From an uncultured bacterium (GTDB lineage: Bacteria; Bacillota_I; Bacilli_A; RFN20; CAG-826), in the NCBI GenBank assembly GCA_949297445.1, contig CASFSS010000018.1, forward strand, positions 163,884-227,883: a stretch of DNA of 64,000 nucleotides. The letters run 5' to 3'. Within the stretch, counting starts at the first letter, position 1. Each line of letters starts with the position of its first letter. Under the pieces are notes generated by a model. That model saw only the letters and a list, made by a program, of their open reading frames with translations, had not been told where the DNA came from and did not search any database. Both the position numbers and the translations under genes were made by a program. Below are positions 19,563-28,713 of the stretch, one piece after another.

Positions 19563-20289
19563 CGGGCTTCACCTCGCCATTCATTTTTTTCAATGTATCA
19601 CGAATTTCTGTCAATAATTCTATTTCTGTTGGGGCTTTATTAGGAGCTTCAGGAGCAGTTTCTTCTTTCCAATTTGGATGTTTTGCGATAAATTCTTCTT
19701 TGGCTTTTTCAAGCAACTTTTTACGTCTTTCCTGCAAAGCAGTAATTATTTTCATAATTACAAATAAAGTGAGAGCAATGATAATAAATGAAATCACGGC
19801 GTTAATGAACGCTCCCCAATCGATAATTGCGGCTTGATTATATATATATAGATTACCGTGCAAAGTATAATTATCTAATATTGTTGCTTTTACAGATTCT
19901 ACCAACGAATCAGTTGGATTTTCATAAATATCATTTGTTAAAGCGATGGCGAAGTTTTGTAATTCATCTTTATGAAAGCTTTGCCCTAAACCAACCTCGA
20001 GATTATATCCTGCCTGTGCGCTATTGCCTAAAGCAGGCAAGATTGTTACTAGACCAGATAATCCACCAGGCACATTCCAAGTGCAAACGCTTAGTAAAAT
20101 ATTTACTAAAGCGGTGACAATCGCCGTAAAGGCACTACCTATGATAATACCAACCGCCATATCGAGGACATTTCCGCGACTAATAAATTTCTTGAAATCT
20201 TCCCAAAGAGAGCGAATTTTTTTGCCACCAGTTTCAACTGTTTGTGTTATTTTTTCATTAATTTTTTCTTTTTTTGCCTTTTTTGCCAT
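19540..20289 (-). CDS. mscL: Large-conductance mechanosensitive channel homolog, atypically long (249 aa)
   Basis: MscL signature FISRGNVLDMAVGIIIGSAFTAIV begins at residue 36. A second TM (AFINAVISFIIIALTLFVIMKI) follows after a ~100 aa insertion, and a charged C-terminal helix is present. Confidence 0.7.
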   Translation of the reverse strand: MAKKAKKEKINEKITQTVETGGKKIRSLWEDFKKFISRGNVLDMAVGIIIGSAFTAIVTALVNILLSVCTWNVPGGLSGLVTILPALGNSAQAGYNLEVGLGQSFHKDELQNFAIALTNDIYENPTDSLVESVKATILDNYTLHGNLYIYNQAAIIDWGAFINAVISFIIIALTLFVIMKIITALQERRKKLLEKAKEEFIAKHPNWKEETAPEAPNKAPTEIELLTEIRDTLKKMNGEVKPDDSPEKN

Positions 20290-20415
20290 GAGTTAATTAT
20301 ATCATTCTTATTTAGTTTAGAAAAAATTAAGTTCTAAAGTTTTTATACCTTTTCTATTCAAAAAATATCGATATGATAAAATATTATTGGAATAAACGAA
20401 AGGATTAGATTAATA

Positions 20416-21267
20416 ATGAATAAAGTAAAAATCATCTGTGATTCAACAATTGACTTAAATCCGAGTGATTATCGCGATTTTGATATCGAAATCATTCCCT
20501 TAGAAGTTAATTTTGGCACAGAATCTTTTCTTGATGGCGTCAATATTGATCCAGATAAGATGTATGAAAAAATTAAAGGCGGAGACGTTTTTCCCAAAAC
20601 CGCTGCCGTCTCACCTGGTAGATTATTAGAAATTTTTAAGCCGTGGATAGATAAAGGTTACGACATCGTTTATACAGGAATTGGCTCTAAAATGAGTGTT
20701 TCTCATCAAAATGCTTGTATGGTTGCCGAACAATTTCCTGGTCGTATCTATGTTGTAGATAGCGCAAACTTATCAAGCGGCACAGGCTTATTGGCTATGA
20801 AGATGTGCAAATATCGCGATGAAGGTAAAAGCGCTAAAGAAATTTATGATTTAGTCACCCCGTTAGTGCCAAAGGTTGTTTGTCAATTTGTCGTTGACAC
20901 ACTAGAATTTTTGCATCGCGGTGGTCGCTGTTCTGGTGCGACCAAATTGTTTGGCCATCTTTTGCACATTCATCCTGTTATCAAAGTTGTCGATGGTGGA
21001 ATGATTGTTTATAAAAAACCTCGTGGCAAACATCTTTTATGCTGCAACGTGTTGAACGAAGACTTAAAAGAAGATTGGCCGAATGTCGATTTAGATCATA
21101 TCATGGTCACACATTCAGGCTGCTCCGATGAAACAATCAATCATGTCAAACAACTTGTTGAAGATGTTGTCGGTACTTCTAAACACACGATGGTGACACG
21201 CGCTGGTTGTGTAGTGTCGTGCCACTGCGGTCCTAATACGATAGGAATTCTATATATTAAAAAATAA
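20416..21267 (+). CDS. DegV-family fatty-acid-binding protein
   Basis: IICDSTIDLNP start and the overall DegV fold. Confidence 0.85.
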   Translation: MNKVKIICDSTIDLNPSDYRDFDIEIIPLEVNFGTESFLDGVNIDPDKMYEKIKGGDVFPKTAAVSPGRLLEIFKPWIDKGYDIVYTGIGSKMSVSHQNACMVAEQFPGRIYVVDSANLSSGTGLLAMKMCKYRDEGKSAKEIYDLVTPLVPKVVCQFVVDTLEFLHRGGRCSGATKLFGHLLHIHPVIKVVDGGMIVYKKPRGKHLLCCNVLNEDLKEDWPNVDLDHIMVTHSGCSDETINHVKQLVEDVVGTSKHTMVTRAGCVVSCHCGPNTIGILYIKK

Positions 21268-21360
21268 TCCTTCCATTAAGCATTAAGCGGATGTTCATAA
21301 GCAAGTAATCTTCAAAAAATACTTTCATGGCATCTATTACTAGGTAGAAGTGTTTATCAT

Positions 21361-21400
21361 AGCACTATATTCGGTTTTAAGCCGGATGTAGTGCTTTTTA
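21361..21400 (+). terminator. Putative rho-independent terminator after degV
   Basis: AGCACTA...TAGTGCT stem enclosing a CGG/CCG inner stem, followed by TTTTTA. Confidence 0.45.
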
Positions 21401-21531
21401 TATTTAATGAATTGCCTAGAATTAGAAAATTGATGGAATTAGCAAAAAAGGGGGTGATTACATAAAAACGACATTATTTTCTTATTTTTCCTTTTCTTTC
21501 AATAAGAAAGTCTTTTTTATATAATAAAAAT

Positions 21532-22137
21532 ATGGATTATTCTGCGGTTTTAAATGAAACACGTGAAAATTTTTATAAAAAAAGAGAGTTGTTCTCGAAG
21601 GTTGAATTAAATTATGTTGCCGGTAAAAATAACCTTCGCAATCGGATGCTTGGATTTTTAACTTTTGATTATTATAAGCGAAGTAGATTAATTAAAAGCG
21701 GAGAAATATTTTATGGATATGTTTTTAGAACTTATTTTGATTCGCTAAACGAGGATAAACCAACTGCAACATGGTTATTATTTTCACCAACAAAAGAATT
21801 TAACGATAATCCTGAATTATACTTATCAATCAACGATAATATCGTAGATTTTATATCTAAAGGAAAGCCAAAAAATAAACTGAAAAAATTGTACAATCTA
21901 TTGACGCTTGAATTGGCCGAGCCAGTTTATTATGAATTGCCTAGTGAACTTACCAACAACAAACTTGTTTATTTATCGTTTACATATTTAAGAAAATTTC
22001 AAGTTCCAGCGTTTCGCCCAGGAATAAATTTATTTATTGCTGCCAAAAATATTTCCAAAGAAATACTTTATTTGCCGATGGATTATTGGGTAGATGAATA
22101 CAAAGAATACTACCTGCCAAAAAACATTCAAGAATAA
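21532..22137 (+). CDS. Hypothetical protein (201 aa), no recognisable motif
   Basis: Clean ORF preceded by a 264 bp AT-rich intergenic region. Codon usage is consistent with its neighbours. Confidence 0.45.
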   Translation: MDYSAVLNETRENFYKKRELFSKVELNYVAGKNNLRNRMLGFLTFDYYKRSRLIKSGEIFYGYVFRTYFDSLNEDKPTATWLLFSPTKEFNDNPELYLSINDNIVDFISKGKPKNKLKKLYNLLTLELAEPVYYELPSELTNNKLVYLSFTYLRKFQVPAFRPGINLFIAAKNISKEILYLPMDYWVDEYKEYYLPKNIQE

Positions 22138-22238
22138 TATTCTTAGCAATTTCGTCTTGTTGACTATCATATAAAGTGTTACACTTATCGAGCAAACTTT
22201 CTTTGGACAAGTATTGTTCAAGGCGGAAGGAGTTACAT

Positions 22239-22445
22239 ATGAAAAAAGGAATTCACCCAGAAACCCACAAAGTCACAGTTACTTGTGTAACATGTGGAAC
22301 CCAATTTGAAACCAGTTCAACATTAAAAGAAATTCGTGTTGATACTTGTTCAAATTGTCATCCATTCTATACCGGTAAACAACGTTTTACGCAAGCTGAT
22401 GGTCGGGTTGACCGTTTCAACAAAAAATACGGTTTTAAGAAATAA
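22239..22445 (+). CDS. rpmE: 50S ribosomal protein L31 (zinc-binding type)
   Basis: [20 protein letters not shown]...[12 protein letters not shown] after a GGAAGGAG RBS. The upstream extension in the ORF track is not real. Confidence 0.9.
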   Translation: MKKGIHPETHKVTVTCVTCGTQFETSSTLKEIRVDTCSNCHPFYTGKQRFTQADGRVDRFNKKYGFKK

Positions 22446-22475
22446 TTATTCTTTATAAAAAAGATAGATAGAAAG

Positions 22476-22507
22476 AAAAATCCCTGTTAAGTGGATTTTT
22501 TCTTTTT
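22476..22507 (+). terminator. Rho-independent terminator after rpmE
   Basis: AAAAATCC / GGATTTTT stem with a 9-nt loop, followed by TCTTTTT. Confidence 0.55.
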
Positions 22508-22526
22508 GCTTTGTATAATAGATATT

Positions 22527-23492
22527 ATGGGAAAGAAGTTTTTAAATTTTATAGCATTATCAATCGTTGTTTTTTTAACAGCATGTACACCAAAATCATC
22601 AACATCATCAGATAGTGGTGACACTTCATCGACATCTGACACAACCTCATCTAGCGATACCTCATCAACATCTACATCAGTAGATAATGATAATCCATGG
22701 GCAGATCTAGCGGACGACTATTATTTAGATGTCTTAGCGACCAGCGGAAATGACTTGTTAGGGGAACTACACGATTTAGTGTGTGAAACGCACACTCATT
22801 ACACCACTTACGGAGAGACAAGGAATTTATTCCAAAAAACTGATTATAACCCAAGTTTCCCCAACCAACACATCATTGAATTTTATACTCAAGCATCTAT
22901 TCCGGGCAAATGGGATAGTGGTGAAACCTATGACCGTGAGCACGTTTGGCCAAAATCATTGAGTAATGGCTTATGGACCAACGTTGGCAATAATGACGCA
23001 AATGGTGGTGGAGATATTCACCATATTCGGCCAACTTTTCCAACAATCAATGGTACTCACCGAGGAAATAAAGAATATGGCGATTTGAATGGATCTGGAA
23101 GCAAATCCACTTATAAATATGATGGCGTTACTTACGAAGGGGGATTTTACACCGCTGACATTTTTGAACCGAAAGATGCTGTTAAGGGCGATGCCGCAAG
23201 AATAGTGCTTTATATGTTCATTCACTATAACAATCCATCTTCATTGGGGAAAAATAATTTAACTACTGCTTCTAAAATTGGTACATATGATAAATCTGGC
23301 ATACTCGGTAGTTTGCCGATTACAAATGTCATTGATGGTACAAAAAGCGAAGCGTTTGAGCTTTTATTAGAATGGAATGAAATGGACCCACCTGACACCT
23401 ATAAAATAAATCGAAATAACGCAGCTTATGAAATACAAGGCAATCGTAATCCGTTTATCGATTATCCCGATTTTGCTGATTTAATTTGGTAA
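22527..23492 (+). CDS. Secreted endonuclease I (EndA/Vvn)-family nuclease lipoprotein with Ser/Thr/Asp-rich linker
   Basis: Signal peptide plus lipobox (LTAC), a ~40 aa S/T/D low-complexity linker, then endonuclease-I-like motifs REHVWPKS and GGGDIHHIRP. Confidence 0.65.
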   Translation: MGKKFLNFIALSIVVFLTACTPKSSTSSDSGDTSSTSDTTSSSDTSSTSTSVDNDNPWADLADDYYLDVLATSGNDLLGELHDLVCETHTHYTTYGETRNLFQKTDYNPSFPNQHIIEFYTQASIPGKWDSGETYDREHVWPKSLSNGLWTNVGNNDANGGGDIHHIRPTFPTINGTHRGNKEYGDLNGSGSKSTYKYDGVTYEGGFYTADIFEPKDAVKGDAARIVLYMFIHYNNPSSLGKNNLTTASKIGTYDKSGILGSLPITNVIDGTKSEAFELLLEWNEMDPPDTYKINRNNAAYEIQGNRNPFIDYPDFADLIW

Positions 23493-23493
23493 T

Positions 23494-25074
23494 ATGAAAA
23501 AGAAATTTTATATAACTACACCTATTTATTATCCGAGTGCAGATGCCCATATTGGACACGCCTACTGCACCACAATTTGCGATGTTATTGTGCGTTCGAA
23601 AAGAAAGAGAGGCTTTGAAACATATTTTTTAACCGGCACCGATGAGCACGGCGAAAAAATTCAAAAAAATGCCGCTAAAGTGAATAAAACACCTCAACAA
23701 TTTGTTGATGAAATAAGTGACAAATTCAAAGAACTCTGGAAAGCAATGCGTATTTCTAATGATGATTTTATTCGAACGACGGAAGAAAGACACACGACAG
23801 TTGTTCAAAAAATATTTAGTAAACTTTACGAAAACGGTGATATATACCTTGGCGATTATGAAGGATGGTATTGTACTCCTTGCGAATCGTTTTGGACGGA
23901 AACACAAGTTGGTCTAGAACGATTATGTCCTGATTGTCATCGCCCCGTTCATGTAGCTAAAGAAGAAACATATTTTTTCAAAACAAATAAATATTTACCT
24001 GATTTATTGGAATATATGGATTCCCATCCAAATTTTGTCACCCCTATATCGCGTAAAAACGAAATGATGAATACGTTCATTAAACCGGGCTTAACAGATT
24101 TATGCATTTCGCGTACCTCATTTGATTGGGGAATACCAATTAAAGAAAATCCTCGCCATGTAATATATGTTTGGATGGATGCTTTAACAAATTATATAAC
24201 CGCTTTAGGATACGGGAGTAGCGATGATTCGCTCTTTCAAAAATTCTGGGCCGACGAAAATTCTGAAATTGTGCATGTTGTTGGAGCTGATATCTCGCGT
24301 TTTCATATCATATATTGGCCAATGTTTTTGAAAGGCCTTGGCCTACGCTTTCCTGACCGCGTTTTTGTCCATGGTCTATTAGATTTAAACGGCGAAAAAA
24401 TGTCTAAATCTCGTGGTAACGTTGTTTCACCATTTCCTTTAATTGAACGATATGGTGTCGACGCTGTGCGTTGGTTTTTGGCACGTGAATTTTCGTTTGG
24501 TGCCGACGGTCGGTTCACCCCTGAATTATTTGTAGAGCGTGTCAATTTGGATCTTGCTAACAATATTGGCAATCTAGTTAATAGAACCTTAACCATGATT
24601 GAAAAATATTTTGATGGCACTGTCCCATCACATGGTAAAAATATGCGTGATTTAGATAAAAATATGCAAGATTTGCTGGTTAAAACCGTTGATGAATACG
24701 AATTATTGATGGATGATCTTAAGGTTAGTGAGGCATTAGCGTTAGCGATGAACTTGTTGGGCGAAGCAAATAAATTTATTGAAGTCAGCGAGCCATGGAC
24801 CTTATTTAAAAATGGTGACATTGAAGGATTAGAAAACACTATGGCCACTTTAGCCAATGTGATTATCAATGGCACGATGTTATTAGAGTGTGCTCTGGTA
24901 GAAAGCGCACCAAAAATTTACGCTCAATTTGGTCTAACAAACGATGAATGTACATTCGATAAAGTGCGTGATTTTAACCACGTCGCACACCATCATGTTC
25001 ATAAAGACGCTCCTTTATTTCCACGGTTAAAAAAAGAAGATGAAATTAATTTCATTGCTTCTATAGCCAAATAA
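23494..25074 (+). CDS. metG: Methionyl-tRNA synthetase (short form without C-terminal tRNA-binding domain)
   Basis: HIGH-like PIYYPSADAHIGHAY, KMSKS, and a CxxC...CxxC zinc knuckle (CTPCE...CPDCH). Confidence 0.9.
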   Translation: MKKKFYITTPIYYPSADAHIGHAYCTTICDVIVRSKRKRGFETYFLTGTDEHGEKIQKNAAKVNKTPQQFVDEISDKFKELWKAMRISNDDFIRTTEERHTTVVQKIFSKLYENGDIYLGDYEGWYCTPCESFWTETQVGLERLCPDCHRPVHVAKEETYFFKTNKYLPDLLEYMDSHPNFVTPISRKNEMMNTFIKPGLTDLCISRTSFDWGIPIKENPRHVIYVWMDALTNYITALGYGSSDDSLFQKFWADENSEIVHVVGADISRFHIIYWPMFLKGLGLRFPDRVFVHGLLDLNGEKMSKSRGNVVSPFPLIERYGVDAVRWFLAREFSFGADGRFTPELFVERVNLDLANNIGNLVNRTLTMIEKYFDGTVPSHGKNMRDLDKNMQDLLVKTVDEYELLMDDLKVSEALALAMNLLGEANKFIEVSEPWTLFKNGDIEGLENTMATLANVIINGTMLLECALVESAPKIYAQFGLTNDECTFDKVRDFNHVAHHHVHKDAPLFPRLKKEDEINFIASIAK

Positions 25075-25146
25075 AGAAACAAAATGAAAGCGTTATCAGT
25101 AAAAAAATATTGATATAGTTAATTGCCCGTGTTATCTTATATATGG

Positions 25147-25163
25147 TCAATCAATATGATTGA
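25147..25163. promoter_or_regulatory. Perfect palindrome TCAATCA-ATA-TGATTGA just upstream of the rex RBS (candidate operator)
   Basis: 7-bp inverted arms with a 3-bp spacer, 16 bp upstream of the rex ATG and downstream of a TTGCCC/TATATA promoter-like pair. Confidence 0.35.
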
Positions 25164-25178
25164 GCGATGGAGGTAAAA

Positions 25179-25823
25179 ATGGACGAAAATGTTTCCAACC
25201 GACAACTTGAACGATATCCAATGTATCTTAGTCATTTATTGATGCTAAGTGAAGCCGGTGTCGTCAATATTAGCGCACCGACAATTGCGGCGGCATTGCA
25301 CCTTAACGTCGAGCAGGTTCGTAAAGATTTACAAGCTGTTTCTAGCAGCGAGGGCAAGCCAAAATTTGGTCGCAATGTTGAAGAGTTAATTGCCGATTTA
25401 AAGAAATTTTTAGGCTATAACGAAACGAACAAAGCAATCGTTGTTGGAGTCGGTCATCTGGGACAAGCATTTTTGAATTATTCCGGCTTTACTCGCTATG
25501 GATTAGATATTGTTATGGGTTTTGATATTGATCCTTTGATTGTCGGTAGCGAAATAAACGGGAAACCGATTTATTCACTCGATGAAATTGGTAAATATTT
25601 AGCCGATAGTGATATAAAAATTGCCGTTTTAACAACGCCACAAGGTGTGGCACAAGAAGTCAGCGATGTGCTGACAAAAAATGGCATCCGTGGAATTTGG
25701 AACTTTACTCCTATTCATCTCTCTCATCCTCTTAATGTGGTGGTTGAAGACATGAATTTAGCGAGTTCGCTTGCCAAATTTTCCCATCGTTTGCAGATTT
25801 TATTAAAAAAGGAGAAAAGCTAA
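25179..25823 (+). CDS. rex: Redox-sensing transcriptional repressor Rex
   Basis: N-terminal winged helix plus the Rossmann NADH-binding motif VVGVGHLGQAF. ATG at 25179 follows a GGAGG RBS. Confidence 0.85.
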   Translation: MDENVSNRQLERYPMYLSHLLMLSEAGVVNISAPTIAAALHLNVEQVRKDLQAVSSSEGKPKFGRNVEELIADLKKFLGYNETNKAIVVGVGHLGQAFLNYSGFTRYGLDIVMGFDIDPLIVGSEINGKPIYSLDEIGKYLADSDIKIAVLTTPQGVAQEVSDVLTKNGIRGIWNFTPIHLSHPLNVVVEDMNLASSLAKFSHRLQILLKKEKS

Positions 25824-28441
25824 TGCAAGGACAAATAGTTTCCATTGAAGCTTTTGAAGAAGTTGACAAGCTCGTAAGAAATGGGCAAAAAGCACTCAAT
25901 GAATTTTTGAAACTAAATCAAGAACAAGTCGACTATATTGTTGCAAAGTGTTCGGTTGCTGGTCTTGATCACCATGGGACTTTAGCCGCAATGGCAATTG
26001 AAGAAACGAAACGTGGTGTTTTTGAAGACAAAGCAACAAAAAACTTATTTGCGTGCGAATATGTTGTCAACAATATGCGTCACTTAAAAACAGTTGGTAT
26101 CATTAAAGATGATCCGGTAACTGGTATCACCGAGATTGCTGACCCAATGGGTGTTATCTGTGGAATTACGCCAGTCACCAATCCAACTAGTACCGTTATT
26201 TTTAAATGCTTAATTGCTTTAAAAACACGTAACCCAATTATTTTTTCATTCCATCCTAGCGCCCATGAATGTTCAAAGCGGGCCGCCCAAATTATGTTAG
26301 ATACAGCGGTGGCTGCTGGGGCACCAAAAAATTGTATTCAGTGGATTGAACAAATATCGATGGATGCGACGACCGCATTGATGAATCATACCGGTGTAGC
26401 GACAATTTTGGCTACTGGCGGAAATGCGATGGTTAAAGCTGCTTATAGTTGTGGCAAACCAGCAATGGGTGTCGGTGCTGGTAATGTTCCCGCCTACATT
26501 CATAAAAGCGCCAATGTTGAACAAGCAGTCAATGATATAGTTTCATCGAAATCGTTTGATAATGGTATGGTTTGTGCTTCTGAACAGGCAGCGATTATCG
26601 ACGAAGAAGTTTTTGATGAAGCCATCAATTTGTTTAAACGTTTCAAAGTTTATTTTGTTACACCAGCTGAAAAAACAAAGTTGGAAAAATATATGTTTGG
26701 TTACGCAAAAGGAGACCCAAACATTGAGTTATCACGCCTCAATCCAAAGATTGTTGGTATGTCAGCTCATTTTATTGCTGAACAAGCTGGTTTCTCGGTT
26801 CCTGAAGATACCTCTATTTTGGCTGTTCATTGTAAAACAGTCGGCATCGAAGAACCTTTGTCGCGAGAAAAATTGTCTCCTGTATTAGCAATTTATAAAG
26901 TTAAAGATGAAAAAGAAGGCTTTGACGTGGCCAGCAAATGTGTCGAATTCAATGGATTAGGACATAGTGCTGCTATCCACTGTAAAGAGCAATCTTTGGC
27001 CGACGCTTATGGCGAGCGCTGCAAAGCGATGCGAATTATTTGGAATTCGCCATCTACCTTTGGTGGCATTGGAAATATATATAATTCGTTCTTGCCAAGT
27101 ATGACATTAGGCTGTGGTAGTTATGGAAGAAACTCCATTGGCGGTAATGTCAGTGCAATCAATTTGTTAAATATTAAAAAGGTCGGTAAAAGGAGAAATA
27201 CTATGCAATGGTTTAAAGTACCACGCAAGATATATTTTGAACGCAACTCGATTCAATATTTACAATCTTGCCGCGACATCGAAAAAGTTTTTATTGTCAC
27301 CGATCGCTCGATGGTTGATTTCGGCTATGTTTCTCGTGTGACCGATCAATTAAATATGCGTCGTAACAAAGTTCAAATTCAATTGTTCTGTGATGTTGAG
27401 CCAGATCCAGATATTGAAACCGTTTTGCGCGGTGTTAAATTGATGGACGCATTCCGTCCCGATACAATTATTGCTATCGGCGGTGGTTCCCCAATGGATG
27501 CCGCAAAAGGAATGTGGTTATTCTATGAACATCCAGAAGTTAATTTTGATGATTTGAAACAAAAGTTTATGGATATTCGTAAACGAGCTTTCCGCTATCC
27601 TGAACTTGGTTTAAAATCTAAACTCATTTGTATACCGACAACATCTGGAACTGGTTCAGAAGTTACCCCGTTTGCGGTTATTTCCGACAAAAAGAACAAC
27701 AAGAAGTATCCGTTAACGGATTATTCATTAACACCAACAATTGCTATTGTTGACCCAGAGTTTGTTACCACTTTGCCAGCGCGCCCAACTGCTATTACTG
27801 GTATGGACGTCTTGACGCACGCGATTGAAGCGTATGTGTCTGTTTTGGCAAACGATTACACGGATGGATTAGCCCTTCAAGCAATCAAATTGGTTTTTGA
27901 ATATTTGCCTCGCGCGGTTAAAGATGGTCCACACGATTTAGAAGCACGCGAAAAAATGCATAATGCAGCAACGATTGCCGGTATGGCTTTTGCCAATGCG
28001 TTCTTAGGCATGGCTCACTCGTTAGCCCATAAAATTGGTGGTGAATTCCATACTGTTCATGGTTATACATGTTCCATCGTGTTGCCATATGTTATTCGTT
28101 ATAATGGCACTACCCCAACAAAATTATCTGTTTGGCCAAAATATAACGTTTATAAAGCAGATAAGAAGTATCAAGAAATTGCTAAATTGCTCGGCCTACC
28201 TGCCGCTACTCCCGCCGAAGGAGTAGAATCGCTAGCTAAAGCTGTTAAAAATTTAGCAATCGAAATTGGTCTTGAAACAAGCTTTGAGAAACTCGGTATC
28301 GATGAAAAAGAATGGAATTCTAAAATTGATACTGTGGCGGTCTTAGCTTATGAAGATCAATGTTCACCAGCAAATCCAAGAGTTCCTCTTGTTAAGGATA
28401 TGAAGGAAATTTTAAGAAAGGCTTATAAAGGTATTGATTAA
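25823..28441 (+). CDS. adhE: Bifunctional acetaldehyde-CoA/alcohol dehydrogenase
   Basis: 872 aa. The N-terminal ALDH domain has the catalytic Cys (VCASEQ) and the C-terminal domain is an Fe-ADH with GGGSPMDAAK. Start overlaps the rex stop. Confidence 0.95.
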   Translation: MQGQIVSIEAFEEVDKLVRNGQKALNEFLKLNQEQVDYIVAKCSVAGLDHHGTLAAMAIEETKRGVFEDKATKNLFACEYVVNNMRHLKTVGIIKDDPVTGITEIADPMGVICGITPVTNPTSTVIFKCLIALKTRNPIIFSFHPSAHECSKRAAQIMLDTAVAAGAPKNCIQWIEQISMDATTALMNHTGVATILATGGNAMVKAAYSCGKPAMGVGAGNVPAYIHKSANVEQAVNDIVSSKSFDNGMVCASEQAAIIDEEVFDEAINLFKRFKVYFVTPAEKTKLEKYMFGYAKGDPNIELSRLNPKIVGMSAHFIAEQAGFSVPEDTSILAVHCKTVGIEEPLSREKLSPVLAIYKVKDEKEGFDVASKCVEFNGLGHSAAIHCKEQSLADAYGERCKAMRIIWNSPSTFGGIGNIYNSFLPSMTLGCGSYGRNSIGGNVSAINLLNIKKVGKRRNTMQWFKVPRKIYFERNSIQYLQSCRDIEKVFIVTDRSMVDFGYVSRVTDQLNMRRNKVQIQLFCDVEPDPDIETVLRGVKLMDAFRPDTIIAIGGGSPMDAAKGMWLFYEHPEVNFDDLKQKFMDIRKRAFRYPELGLKSKLICIPTTSGTGSEVTPFAVISDKKNNKKYPLTDYSLTPTIAIVDPEFVTTLPARPTAITGMDVLTHAIEAYVSVLANDYTDGLALQAIKLVFEYLPRAVKDGPHDLEAREKMHNAATIAGMAFANAFLGMAHSLAHKIGGEFHTVHGYTCSIVLPYVIRYNGTTPTKLSVWPKYNVYKADKKYQEIAKLLGLPAATPAEGVESLAKAVKNLAIEIGLETSFEKLGIDEKEWNSKIDTVAVLAYEDQCSPANPRVPLVKDMKEILRKAYKGID

Positions 28442-28692
28442 TGACAGTATTAGTTTGTGTTGGTAGTTCTTGCCATTTAAAAGGAAGTTACGACATTATT
28501 GAATTGATGAAGGCGGCAATTGCCGCCCATCATCTCGAAGATAAAGTAACTCTCAAAGCAACATTTTGCCTCGGCAAATGTGCAATCAGCGGTGTCTGCA
28601 TTAAAGTTGATGATGATATCATCACTGGTGTGACAAAAAACAATTTTGAAGAAGTGTTCAAAACAAATATTCTCGACAAATTAAATTATTAA
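28441..28692 (+). CDS. Thioredoxin-like [2Fe-2S] ferredoxin (NuoE/HndA-like small protein)
   Basis: 83 aa with Cys pattern CVGSSCH...CLGKCAISGVC. It is translationally coupled to adhE (ATTAATG). Confidence 0.65.
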   Translation: MTVLVCVGSSCHLKGSYDIIELMKAAIAAHHLEDKVTLKATFCLGKCAISGVCIKVDDDIITGVTKNNFEEVFKTNILDKLNY

Positions 28693-28713
28693 TTTATTTA
28701 TAGGAGCCGTTTT

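Noticed and set aside
22176-22238. Upstream 21-codon extension of rpmE ([21 protein letters not shown])
   Set aside because: The L31 family starts at [20 protein letters not shown] sits inside the extension, directly before ATG 22239.
25075-25178. Canonical Rex operator (TTGTGAA-N6-TTCACAA) upstream of rex/adhE
   Set aside because: No match by eye. Only the unrelated palindrome TCAATCA-ATA-TGATTGA is present, and it is reported separately as a candidate.
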